From Alphaproteobacteria bacterium (GTDB lineage: Bacteria > Pseudomonadota > Alphaproteobacteria > UBA6615), in assembly GCA_965261585.1 (NCBI GenBank), contig CBDHDN010000029.1, positions 195,937 through 259,936 of the forward strand: DNA of 64,000 nucleotides, in the 5' to 3' direction. Positions 1 through 8,866 of the stretch are shown piece after piece. The first letter of the stretch is position 1, and every line of letters starts with the position of its first letter. Position numbers and translations under genes: made by a program. The notes under the pieces were generated by a model. The model made no database searches. It had not been told where the DNA came from and was given only the letters and a program-made list of their open reading frames with translations.

Positions 1-1
1 G

Positions 2-799
2 GGCTTCCCGATCTACGAGTCCGTCATCAACTTCTCCGGCGCCAGGCCCGTGCCGATCCCGCTCTTGGAGGACCAGGACTTCTCCTTCGACGTCGATGGT
101 GTGCTCGACCTGATCACGCCGGCGACGCGCCTGATCATCATCAACTCGCCGGCCAACCCGACCGGCGGCGCCGTCGGCCGCGCCGAACTCGACCGCCTCG
201 CCGCCGGGCTCGAGCGCCATCCCCACGTCGCTATCCTGAGCGACGAGATCTATGCCCGCATCGTTTATGGCGACGCCGGCCACGCGTCGCTGATGAGCTA
301 TGAGAGCCTGCGCGACCGGCTGATCCTGCTCGACGGCTGGTCCAAGACCTACGCCATGACCGGCTGGCGCCTCGGCTATGCCGTGTGGCCCGAGGCCTGG
401 GTCGAGGGCGCGTCGCGGCTCGCCGTCAACTGCCATTCCTGCGTCAACGCGGCGACCCAGTTCGCCGGCATCGCCGCGCTGGAGGGCCCCCAGGACCAGG
501 TCGATGAAATGGTCGCGGCGTTTGCCGAGCGCCGCGATATAATCGTCGCGGCGACGAACGCGCTGCCGGGCTTCCGCTGCCGCATGCCGCGCGGCGCGTT
601 CTATACGTTCCCGAACATCGCCGGCACCGGCATGGACGCGGCCACGCTGCAGAGCCGCCTGCTCGAAGAGGCCGGCGTCGCGACCGTCGCCGGCACCAGC
701 TTCGGCGCCTATGGCGAGGGCTATCTGCGCTTTTCCTACGCCAACAGCGTCGACAACATCCGCGCGGCGATGGACCGCATCGCGACGCTGCTGGGCTAG
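2..799 (+). CDS. PLP-dependent aminotransferase, class I/II, C-terminal part (5' end outside window)
   Basis: Frame is open from the window edge to TAG 797-799. NSPANPTGG and SKTYAMTGWRLGY motifs are typical of fold-type I aspartate/aromatic aminotransferases. The stop codon lies inside the CTAG end of the repeat at 796-904. Confidence 0.85.
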   Translation, partial: GFPIYESVINFSGARPVPIPLLEDQDFSFDVDGVLDLITPATRLIIINSPANPTGGAVGRAELDRLAAGLERHPHVAILSDEIYARIVYGDAGHASLMSYESLRDRLILLDGWSKTYAMTGWRLGYAVWPEAWVEGASRLAVNCHSCVNAATQFAGIAALEGPQDQVDEMVAAFAERRDIIVAATNALPGFRCRMPRGAFYTFPNIAGTGMDAATLQSRLLEEAGVATVAGTSFGAYGEGYLRFSYANSVDNIRAAMDRIATLLG

Positions 800-904
800 T
801 GCACCGATCCAGACAAATGATTCACCGTGCGCTGGAGCAACCCGTTGTTTTGTATTCAGAATCAGGTTTCCACTGTGACGGCTCTGACTGAGTCGGTGCA
901 CTAG
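796..904 (+). mobile_element. 109-bp MITE-like repeat, copy 1
   Basis: Perfect 12-bp terminal inverted repeat CTAGTGCACCGA / TCGGTGCACTAG. Identical by eye to 61197-61305 and inverted with one mismatch at 19718-19826. No plausible ORF. Confidence 0.8.
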
Positions 905-930
905 CGGCCCCCTCGCCCTGAGAGGTTTGT

Positions 931-1152
931 GAACCACAGAGGCACAGAGGCACAGAGGCACAGAGGCACAGAGGCACAGAGAGACCGGTAGCGTCTTGTT
1001 GTCGTGCGCGGGCCTGCCGGGACCCCAACCGGGGACAACGAATGTGCAGGGCAGCACCGCCGTGAACTCCAATCGGTCATCTGCCTTGAAATCCTCTGTG
1101 TCTCTGTGTCTCTGTGTCTCTGTGTCTCTGTGTCTCTGTGCCTCTGTGGTTC
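931..1152. repeat. Inverted arrays of 8-bp tandem units forming a long hairpin
   Basis: Left arm is GAAC + 5x CACAGAGG + CACAGAGA (931-982). Right arm is CCTCTGTG + 5x TCTCTGTG + CCTCTGTG + GTTC (1093-1152). This gives a 52-bp stem around a 118-nt loop. Confidence 0.9.
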
Positions 1153-1274
1153 CATTCGATCCGCCCAAACAATGGGCTTGTTGCCTATGAAGTGAGCAGC
1201 TACACCTACGCGCCGCGCGCGTGGGGCGGTCGCCGCGGCCCCGATTCCCGGCCTTGTTGCCGACCCGGCGCGGT

Positions 1275-1290
1275 TGGCACGCCTTGTGCT
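1275..1290 (+). promoter_or_regulatory. Candidate sigma-54 (-24/-12) promoter of glnB-glnA
   Basis: TGGCACGCCTTGTGCT matches TGGCACG-N4-TTGCW with correct GG-N10-GC spacing. It lies 79 nt upstream of the glnB ATG. NtrC/sigma-54 control of glnBA is well known in alphaproteobacteria. Confidence 0.6.
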
Positions 1291-1293
1291 TAA

Positions 1294-1707
<414 letters not shown>

Positions 1708-1795
1708 CCGCACGGATTCAACGATACCGGGGCCGGCCGGCGACGCCGCGCCCCGACGACGAAGCTCCAGCGAAAAACGAAGTAGGAAATAGAAT

Positions 1796-3205
1796 ATGTC
1801 CGACATCGCCAAGTTCATGGACCTGATCAAGGAACACGACGTCCAGTACGTCGACCTCCGCTTCACCGACCCGCGCGGCAAGTGGCAGCACACGGCGCAG
1901 CACGTCTCGACCATCGAGGACGACGTATTCACCGACGGCTTCATGTTCGACGGCTCGTCGATCGCCGGTTGGAAGGCGATCAACGAGTCCGACATGATCT
2001 TGATGATGGATACGGCGAGCGCGGTGATGGACCCGTTCGCGGCGCAGCCGCAGCTGATCGTGTTCTGCGACGTCATCGAGCCGTCGACCGGCGAGGCCTA
2101 CTCGCGCGACCCGCGCAGCGCCGCCAAGCGGGCCGAGGCCTACCTCAAGTCGACGGGCATCGGCGACACCGCCTATTTCGGCCCCGAGGCCGAGTTCTTC
2201 GTGTTCGACGACGTGCGCTTCCAGGTCGGCCAGGACACCTGCTTCTATCGCATCGACCAGGAGGAAGGGCCCTACAATTCGGGCAGCGACTTCCCCGAGG
2301 GCAACATGGGCCATCGGCCGCCGCCGAAGGGCGGCTACTTCCCGGTGCCGCCGGTCGACTCACTGATGGACCTGCGCGCCGAGATGGTGACGACCATGGC
2401 CCAGATGGGCCTGTCGATGGAGAAGCACCATCACGAGGTGGCGCCGAGCCAGGGTGAGATCGGCTTCCGCTTCGACACCCTGGTGCGCACCGCCGACAAC
2501 ATGCAGATCTACAAATACGTAGTGCATATGGTCGCGGCCTCATACGGCAAGACGGCGACGTTCATGGCGAAGCCGGTGTGGAACGACAACGGCTCGGGCA
2601 TGCATGTCCACCAGTCGATCTGGAAAGGCGGCAACCCGCTGTTCGCCGGCTCCGGCTACGCCGATCTGTCGGAAAACGCGCTTTATTATATCGGCGGCGT
2701 CGTCAAGCACGCGCGCGCCATCAACGCCTTCTCGAACCCCGGCACGAACAGCTACAAGCGGCTCGTCCCCGGCTTCGAGGCACCGGTGCTGCTCGCCTAC
2801 TCGGCACGCAACCGTTCGGCCGCCTGCCGCATCCCCTACGTCGCCAGCCCCAACGGCAAGCGCGTCGAGGTCCGCTTCCCCGACCCGACGGCGAACGTCT
2901 ATCTGACGTTCACGGCGATGCTGATGGCCGGGCTCGACGGCATCCAGAACAAGATCCACCCCGGCGACCCCATGGACAAGGACCTCTACGACCTGCCGCC
3001 GGAGGAGCTGCACGACGTGCCGACCGTGTGTGCGTCGCTGCGCCAGGCCATGGACGCCCTCGACACCGACCGCGATTTCCTGAAAAAGGGCGACGTGCTG
3101 TCGGACGAGCTGATCGACGGCTACCTGGCCCTCAAGGAGGAGGAGACGGTCGCCTTCGAGCAGGCGCCGCATCCGATCGAGTTCCAGATGTACTACTCGT
3201 CGTAA
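1796..3205 (+). CDS. glnA: Glutamine synthetase, type I
   Basis: 469 aa with GSI-type sequence throughout. Adenylylation-site context [12 protein letters not shown]. Purine-rich RBS (AGGAAA) upstream of the ATG. Confidence 0.97.
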   Translation: MSDIAKFMDLIKEHDVQYVDLRFTDPRGKWQHTAQHVSTIEDDVFTDGFMFDGSSIAGWKAINESDMILMMDTASAVMDPFAAQPQLIVFCDVIEPSTGEAYSRDPRSAAKRAEAYLKSTGIGDTAYFGPEAEFFVFDDVRFQVGQDTCFYRIDQEEGPYNSGSDFPEGNMGHRPPPKGGYFPVPPVDSLMDLRAEMVTTMAQMGLSMEKHHHEVAPSQGEIGFRFDTLVRTADNMQIYKYVVHMVAASYGKTATFMAKPVWNDNGSGMHVHQSIWKGGNPLFAGSGYADLSENALYYIGGVVKHARAINAFSNPGTNSYKRLVPGFEAPVLLAYSARNRSAACRIPYVASPNGKRVEVRFPDPTANVYLTFTAMLMAGLDGIQNKIHPGDPMDKDLYDLPPEELHDVPTVCASLRQAMDALDTDRDFLKKGDVLSDELIDGYLALKEEETVAFEQAPHPIEFQMYYSS

Positions 3206-3228
3206 GCCGCGCGCCTTCCGAGATGCCA

Positions 3229-3262
3229 GCCCCCGCCTCTCGTCGAGGCGGGGGCATTTCGT
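3229..3262 (+). terminator. Rho-independent terminator after glnA
   Basis: Perfect 11-bp stem GCCCCCGCCTC / GAGGCGGGGGC with a 5-nt loop, followed by ATTTCGTT. Starts 24 nt after the glnA stop. Confidence 0.7.
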
Positions 3263-3404
3263 TGCCTACCCCACGCCGCCATCCTCGTGCTCGATCCGAG
3301 GACCCATGCCGCCTCCCTCACGATGGCGTGGGTGCGCACCATGGGCCCTCGTGTCAAGCACGAGGGTGACGGCCCTGGGGATTGGCGGCGTCAGCGCCGT
3401 GCGC

Positions 3405-4235
3405 TCACGACCACGGCGACTGCTGTTTCGGCACGACGACGCCGTCGACCTCGATGGCGTCGACCTTCTCGTTGAAGAAGCACACGCGGTCCTTGATCTT
3501 GACCGCCTCGGGCACCGGGTCCGCATAGAACCAGACGATGTCCTCGAACACCTGATCGCCCGCCTTGACCGACCAGTAGCTCGCCGTGCCCTTGTAGGGA
3601 CACGCCGTGCGCGTCGCCGACGGGGTCAGCGCCGCGCCCACGTCCTCGGCCGGCAGGTAGTAGCGCGTCGGCAGGCCGGTCTCGAACAGGAAGCGGGCGC
3701 GCGTGCTCTCTGCCACCGTCTCGCCGCCCAGCACGATCCGTACGGGGCGGCTCGAATCGACGATGTCGATGCGTTTGTAGGGATCGCGGGCGTGGACGAA
3801 GACCTCTTCGTCCTCCTCGTACCAGTGGTCGACCTTGCCCCAGTAGAACGCGAGGTAGTCCTTGATCTCCGGCACCTCGTCGAACGGCGTCGGGTAGGTC
3901 CACACGGCGTTCTCGGCCCGCCGGTCGCCGGCGGCGAGCGTGTAGTAGCTGGCCGTGCCCTTGAACGGGCAGAACGTCGTGTGGTCGGTGGGCGCCAGCA
4001 GGTCCATTCGCACGTCGGCGCGTGGGAAGTAATAGACCGGGATGTGCTTGGTCTCGTGCAGTAGCATGACCGCCGTCGTATCGGCGATCGTCTCGCCGCC
4101 GAAGACAATGCGCAGCCGTTTCGGGCACGGCTCCAAGTCGACGCGATAGCCCGGATGCTTGGCGTAGCCCGGCCCGGAATTGGTCGTGTCGGAATTGCCC
4201 GGCCCGGAATCGGTTGTCGATGGCTGTAGGGTCAT
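3405..4235 (-). CDS. Tandem DUF427-domain protein
   Basis: Two repeats of the DUF427-type pattern (YYFP..., CPFKGTASYYTL and CPYKGTASYWSV). I prefer the ATG at 4235, preceded by GGGAGA, over the longer track ORF starting at 4322, which overlaps the upstream gene. Confidence 0.75.
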   Translation of the reverse strand: MTLQPSTTDSGPGNSDTTNSGPGYAKHPGYRVDLEPCPKRLRIVFGGETIADTTAVMLLHETKHIPVYYFPRADVRMDLLAPTDHTTFCPFKGTASYYTLAAGDRRAENAVWTYPTPFDEVPEIKDYLAFYWGKVDHWYEEDEEVFVHARDPYKRIDIVDSSRPVRIVLGGETVAESTRARFLFETGLPTRYYLPAEDVGAALTPSATRTACPYKGTASYWSVKAGDQVFEDIVWFYADPVPEAVKIKDRVCFFNEKVDAIEVDGVVVPKQQSPWS

Positions 4236-4263
4236 GTCGGTCTCCCTGAGGTCGGCGGCGCGC

Positions 4264-4707
4264 TCAACTGCCCGGCCGTGGCAACGCCAGTTCGTAGTCA
4301 CTGTCGCCGTAGCCGTCGACATTGTCGTGGGCGCGGATGATGACGCGGTCGATGCCGGCGGGCAGTGCGACGCCGGTCAGCGACCGCGTGAACGGCTGCT
4401 CGTTGACGTGCGGATGCAGCAGGACGCGCGTGCCCAGCAACGCGCCGTCCGGCGCCACCACGTCCCACTTGTCGGCATAGTGCGCCCAGCCCATGTCGGG
4501 GTGGCTGAGCGCCACGTCGAAGCGCCAGCTACCACCGGACAGCCGCGCCGCGGCGTCGACCACCACGGCGTCGCCGGCCATCGCCGAGCCACTCACGAGT
4601 GAGCCACTCACGAGTGCGCCACTCACGAGTGCGATGACGCCGGCGGCTAGGATTGCGGTCCGCAACGTCAGTCTCCCGTCCTCCTGTTTGACGCCCGGAG
4701 TATCCAC
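4264..4707 (-). CDS. Small secreted or membrane-anchored hypothetical protein
   Basis: 147-aa ORF with a hydrophobic N-terminal segment. Contains three tandem 15-bp units (4586-4630) encoding LVSG(A/S). No family recognised. Confidence 0.5.
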   Translation of the reverse strand: MDTPGVKQEDGRLTLRTAILAAGVIALVSGALVSGSLVSGSAMAGDAVVVDAAARLSGGSWRFDVALSHPDMGWAHYADKWDVVAPDGALLGTRVLLHPHVNEQPFTRSLTGVALPAGIDRVIIRAHDNVDGYGDSDYELALPRPGS

Positions 4708-5011
4708 ATGGACGCGCGCGCGCGACAGACAAGCTCGAAAGCCTCGAGCGCCAGCTCAAACGTGGCGACAAGGCGCTGGCCGGCAAATTCCGGCTATCGC
4801 CACGATCTGCGGACCCTCGGCACCGACTGCCTCGCTGTCGATCACGACAAGGTCGCTCGGCACGCGGCCAATCTGCCGCTGACCGGGAGGGCTGTCCAGG
4901 TCTCCCAGGCCACCCGCGTCGCCCTGCCGCCGGCTTATCGAGAGATCGAAGCCCGTCCGGCAAACCTGGGCACCGCCCTTCGAGCCGACCCCCTAACAAA
5001 TCCTCGGCACG

Positions 5012-6919
5012 CTACAACCTATTGAAGTACAATAACTCTGTCCGCGACACTGTAGAAGATGAGCTCGACTGGCCGAGCTTGATCAAACGCACCGAGGCGC
5101 GGCCGCCGTGCAGCGAACGGCCGCTCACCAGGACGAACAACCGCGAGGCAGGATCGTAGTGAAGATTGAAGTTCATACCCAAATACGGCAACACCGCCGA
5201 ATTCACAGGGACCACGATATTCCGCTCTATGTCGTAAACGCAGGTCTGGTTGCCCTTGCGACGACCTCGCCCCGGAAGCATCAGAAACCGGCCTTCGCCG
5301 TCGTGGGCGACGGCAAACGGCGCGCCGGAATCGCAGCCTTCGTTGCGAAACCTGTGTGTTCGCCAAGTCCCCGACGTGCGGCGCCACTCATCGTTCCCAT
5401 ACACTAGGATTCGGTGAACGAAGGCATTAGCCGCGAACACCACGATTTCGTCGCGCCGTGAATCGAACTCGGCAAAGGGGCGCCGGACCGATCGACGCGG
5501 GGCATGGGAGACTTTCCGCCATTCGCCCAGGTCGATTCCCAATTCGAACAGTTCGGGAACGAAGTATTGGGCTTCCTTTCCGATCGGAAGTTGGGTGAAA
5601 CGCGCCGCGACAGTATTGAATGAAAAGATGGAGCCTCTCCGGCTGTCGTAAACAGCCGTTCCCCCGAAGAACCGGGGCATCGTTTCCCCGGTGATCGGCC
5701 CCATTCTCCACCGGCGGGTTGTCAGATCATAGATCCAAGTGGGATCGAATCGACCATTGGGAACCGCTTTGAGACTGTGCAACGGAGCGGCCGCGACGAC
5801 CAGCGCGTCGATCCCGGGATGATAGACCACTCCGTCGTAAGTATGCATGGGCCAGGGCAGCACTCGGCTGATGCCGGAGATCCGATTCCCGGAGGCGTCG
5901 GCTCGCATGGCGTATCGCGGCGAAGGCCTGTAATGGCGCATCCAGGTTTGAGACCGCAGCTCGAATGCCGTGACGGCGTTGTTCCAATCTCTGAAATGAG
6001 TGTCCGCACCAAACATCAATATTTGCCGGCGCTTGACGTCAAGGGCACTGCCGCCGTGGTTGGGCCTGAGCGGCGCGCGTCCAAACGTTCGAGCGCGAAA
6101 CCAACGATCGGCTTCCAGTTCATCGGGGGCCACAATCTGTCCGTCCGCCAATGCGACCACCTTCGATCCGCCCTCGGTCAACGACGACGGAGCGGACTTG
6201 TTCGCGAACCCAGCCAACCTTTCCGAGGCGAAAGCGGCCAAGATCGCGACGACGAGGAAACCAGCCCCGGCGACACCCACAACTCGAACCGAGCGAAATC
6301 GGAACCTGAGGCACATCGTCGCCGACAACAGAATGGCTACGACGGGGGCGGTCCATACCGGCGCCAGAGCAGGTTGCTCCAGACCGAGGTAAAGAATCGG
6401 TGTCGCGACGACAACGCTGATCAAAGGGTTCAGCCAATAACTCAGCCCGAGTAGAAGCAATATGGCAACCGGGAATATCGCGCCCTGCGGGATGCCGAGG
6501 AGTCGGACAAAAGACTCCAATTCCGCGTGATGATTGGCAAACAGATTCCACAAAGCGGCGATAATAAAGGCGAGACCGAGCACGAGCATCGATCTGGTCA
6601 CGTTCAGCAATATGGTGACCATGTCCCGTGGCTTCATCCACCGCAGCGAGATACCCGCCAGGCCAAGAGCGAACGTTCCGACGGCGGCCGATTCTCCCAC
6701 ATGTCCGAAGCCTCGAAACACGATCGCGATGGTGCATGCCAAGGCGCACCAAGCGAGACCACGTCGACAGAACTTGTTCCATCGGGACGATGGCTCAACC
6801 TGTCCCGCGGGCGATAAAGTTAGGAGAATATAAAACAATGCCATAATGAGCACGGCACTGCCACAGACGATGACGACGGACCCGAGCGAGATACCCATTG
6901 CCAAGGTAAATATGGTCAC
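5012..6919 (-). CDS. Polytopic membrane protein with a C-terminal beta-propeller-like (Kelch-like?) domain, function unknown
   Basis: 635-aa ORF. The first ~240 aa hold about 8 hydrophobic helices. The remainder is soluble with repeated W/Y/G-rich blocks. GC is visibly lower than in flanking genes. Start lies 3 nt after the stop of the upstream ORF. Confidence 0.65.
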   Translation of the reverse strand: MTIFTLAMGISLGSVVIVCGSAVLIMALFYILLTLSPAGQVEPSSRWNKFCRRGLAWCALACTIAIVFRGFGHVGESAAVGTFALGLAGISLRWMKPRDMVTILLNVTRSMLVLGLAFIIAALWNLFANHHAELESFVRLLGIPQGAIFPVAILLLLGLSYWLNPLISVVVATPILYLGLEQPALAPVWTAPVVAILLSATMCLRFRFRSVRVVGVAGAGFLVVAILAAFASERLAGFANKSAPSSLTEGGSKVVALADGQIVAPDELEADRWFRARTFGRAPLRPNHGGSALDVKRRQILMFGADTHFRDWNNAVTAFELRSQTWMRHYRPSPRYAMRADASGNRISGISRVLPWPMHTYDGVVYHPGIDALVVAAAPLHSLKAVPNGRFDPTWIYDLTTRRWRMGPITGETMPRFFGGTAVYDSRRGSIFSFNTVAARFTQLPIGKEAQYFVPELFELGIDLGEWRKVSHAPRRSVRRPFAEFDSRRDEIVVFAANAFVHRILVYGNDEWRRTSGTWRTHRFRNEGCDSGAPFAVAHDGEGRFLMLPGRGRRKGNQTCVYDIERNIVVPVNSAVLPYLGMNFNLHYDPASRLFVLVSGRSLHGGRASVRLIKLGQSSSSSTVSRTELLYFNRL

Positions 6920-6922
6920 TGC

Positions 6923-7487
6923 TCAAAGTATTTTTCGTGTCACGTCTGTCAATTTTTTCTGTTCTATTTCACCTTCTTTCTTTTCCAGGACAATGAACTC
7001 AATCAAATAAAGCAATGAGACAATGGGGACCAACATCGCAAAATAGAAGTCGGTGACCACGTTCCACGCAATAGTGCCAACCGTGATCAGACCTTGATGA
7101 ATGCCCTCGGCGGCGATGAATCCCAATATGAGAACCCCGATGCTCAGTATCGGCACGTTCGTCGAGGCAGTCGGCGATCTCAATGCCAGGGCAAGAAACG
7201 AGGCGCTGGCAAATCCAAGCAACCACCCCAGGTTTACCAATGGAAACAGTGGAAGAGCGATCTGGGATGAGAATGCTGTCGCGGAGCAGACCGCGAGAGA
7301 GACAGCGAGAAACACTGACGCAAACCGTGCCAGAACATTGGTTGGCAGGTTCGTTGCCGTCCTGTTTCTCGAAGCGGTGTTGGGGATGGCATGCAACACG
7401 ACAAAGAGTAATATCGCTGTGCCGTTCATCATGATGTCGCGCAGAGCAAGAATTTGCTGCGCGCCGCTAATTTGTCTAAGAACAAGG
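6923..7487 (-). pseudogene. Multi-pass membrane protein, 5' end split off by IS copy A
   Basis: Hydrophobic ORF tail ending ...LEKKEGEIEQKKLTDVTRKIL. Across the IS the frame continues into 8902-8965 (possible GTG start at 8965), giving 205 codons once the IS and one repeat copy are removed. Low GC. Confidence 0.55.
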
Positions 7488-7532
7488 TAAGTCGGACCCG
7501 ATTTCCTTGGACACAGAATTGGCTTAATCGAA

Positions 7533-7964
7533 GTGTCCAAGGAGGACCGGAACATGACCGACAATTTTGAGAAGAAAGTTGCTGTTGATGGGCCTGTGGT
7601 AAATGCGGGCGAGCTTGGCTGGTCCACGTTTTCCCCAGGCCAGGCTTTGCCGGCAGGCCCGCTGGGACTTGGCCAGCGATGGACGGTGGCGCGCAAGCGT
7701 GAGGTCGTTCTGCGGCTTTTGCGTGACGAGCCGGTGCAACTTCTGTCGCGCCAGTTGGGCGTAGAGATCTTCCGGCTCGAGCAGTGGCGTGAGAAAGCGA
7801 TCGGCGGGATCGACGCCTCGCTCAAGCAACGCAAGGGCGATCCGGTGCAGGCGGAACTGGATAGCGCCATGAAGCGGATCGGAGAGTTGACCATGCAGGC
7901 GGAACTGCTGGAGGCCAAGACGGAGACCTTCGGCCCTTTGGGGCGGCGGAGGTCGCGGCGATGA
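7533..7964 (+). CDS. IS transposase OrfA (HTH / coiled-coil)
   Basis: 143 aa, IS3-like OrfA architecture. Its stop overlaps the orfB start (ATGA). orfB is in the -1 frame. Confidence 0.8.
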   Translation: MSKEDRNMTDNFEKKVAVDGPVVNAGELGWSTFSPGQALPAGPLGLGQRWTVARKREVVLRLLRDEPVQLLSRQLGVEIFRLEQWREKAIGGIDASLKQRKGDPVQAELDSAMKRIGELTMQAELLEAKTETFGPLGRRRSRR

Positions 7965-8866
7965 GTGCCGCCACCTCGCCCGGCACGGGTCTGGCCTACG
8001 GCCTGCGGCGGGTCTGCGCCGCCTGGGGCATGGCCCGCTCCTCGTTCTACGCCATGACCTCCGGCCAGCACGCCGAGCAGCCGCCGGCAAAGCGTCGGGG
8101 ACCGAAGCCCGCGATCTCGGACCAGGCGCTGCTGGTGGCGATCGAAGCCGACCTGGAGGCATCGCCCTGGGAGGGCGAGGGCTACCGCAAGGTCTGGGCT
8201 CGGCTTCGGGTCTGTCGCGACATCCGGGTTGCCCGCAAGCGGGTGCTCCGCCTGATGCGCGAGAACAATCTGCTCTCGCCCCATCGCTGCCGCCGCCGTG
8301 GCGGCAATCCCCATGACGGTGAGATCATCACTCATGCCCCGAACCTCATGTGGGGCACCGATGGCGTTCGGGTGTTCACGGTGGACGACGGCTGGGGCTG
8401 GATCTTCACCGCCGTCGAGCATTGGAACGCCGAGTGTGTCGGCTGGCATGTCTGCAAGCGCGGCGACCGCTTCGCCGCCCTGCAGCCGATCTCCATGGGG
8501 CTTGCCGGGCTGTATGGCTCGACCGCGGCCGGCGCGGCTCGGGGGCTGGCCTTGCGGATGGATCACGGCTCCCAGTATCTGTCGGACCACTTCACCAACC
8601 AGATCAAGTTCTGGGGCATCCAGCCGTCCTACGCCTTCGTCGCCGAGCCCCAGACCAACGGCGTCGCCGAGCGGTTCAATCGCACGCTGAAGGAACAGAT
8701 CATCCATGGTCGCATCTACCGCAACATCGCGGAGCTGCGGGACGCCGTCCGCGACTTCGTCGAACTCTACAATGCCCAGTGGATCGTCGAAAAGAACGGC
8801 TACCTGAGCCCCGCTCAAGCTCGTCAGGCGTGGCACGCCGCGATCTCAATCAGGCCCGCCGCGTGA
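7961..8866 (+). CDS. IS transposase OrfB (rve-type DDE integrase core)
   Basis: 301 aa. HTH_21-like VARKRVLRLMRENNLLSP, then a DDE core with LRMDHGSQYLS and PQTNGVAERFNRTLKEQ. Confidence 0.85.
   Translation: MSAATSPGTGLAYGLRRVCAAWGMARSSFYAMTSGQHAEQPPAKRRGPKPAISDQALLVAIEADLEASPWEGEGYRKVWARLRVCRDIRVARKRVLRLMRENNLLSPHRCRRRGGNPHDGEIITHAPNLMWGTDGVRVFTVDDGWGWIFTAVEHWNAECVGWHVCKRGDRFAALQPISMGLAGLYGSTAAGAARGLALRMDHGSQYLSDHFTNQIKFWGIQPSYAFVAEPQTNGVAERFNRTLKEQIIHGRIYRNIAELRDAVRDFVELYNAQWIVEKNGYLSPAQARQAWHAAISIRPAA

Noticed and set aside
796-904. MITE termini contain TGCACC and GGTGCA, the half-sites of the NtrC consensus, and copy 1 lies upstream of glnB
   Set aside because: The half-sites are ~85 bp apart rather than forming the 17-bp TGCACC-N5-GGTGCA site. 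The same termini occur in copies unrelated to nitrogen genes. The resemblance is most likely coincidental.
931-1152. Possibility that the octamer arrays are a CRISPR array
   Set aside because: The units are only 8 bp and directly abutting, with no spacers. The two arrays are inverted relative to each other. No cas genes are present in the window.
822-1195. Small ORFs 822-1028, 901-1155, 996-1190 and 1004-1195, with peptides such as CLCASVPLCLC
   Set aside because: They are translations of the MITE and of the octamer arrays. They are mutually overlapping on both strands, repetitive and without start context.
7524-8162. 212-aa minus-strand ORF conserved in all four IS copies (also 28156-28794, 45789-46427 and 53074-53832)
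   Set aside because: Its conservation simply reflects IS identity. The translation is extremely Arg/Pro-rich and lies antisense to orfA/orfB. There is no independent evidence of coding.
6923-8836. 637-aa ORF on the minus strand, and the similar ORFs 45431-47101, 28305-29081, 53031-53894 and 55595-56176, running antisense through the IS copies
   Set aside because: Only the portion outside the IS is host-gene sequence. The rest is a stop-free antisense frame of a GC-rich transposase gene with Arg/Pro/Gly/Ala-rich, low-complexity translation. The frame appears continuous only because the IS interrupted a minus-strand gene.
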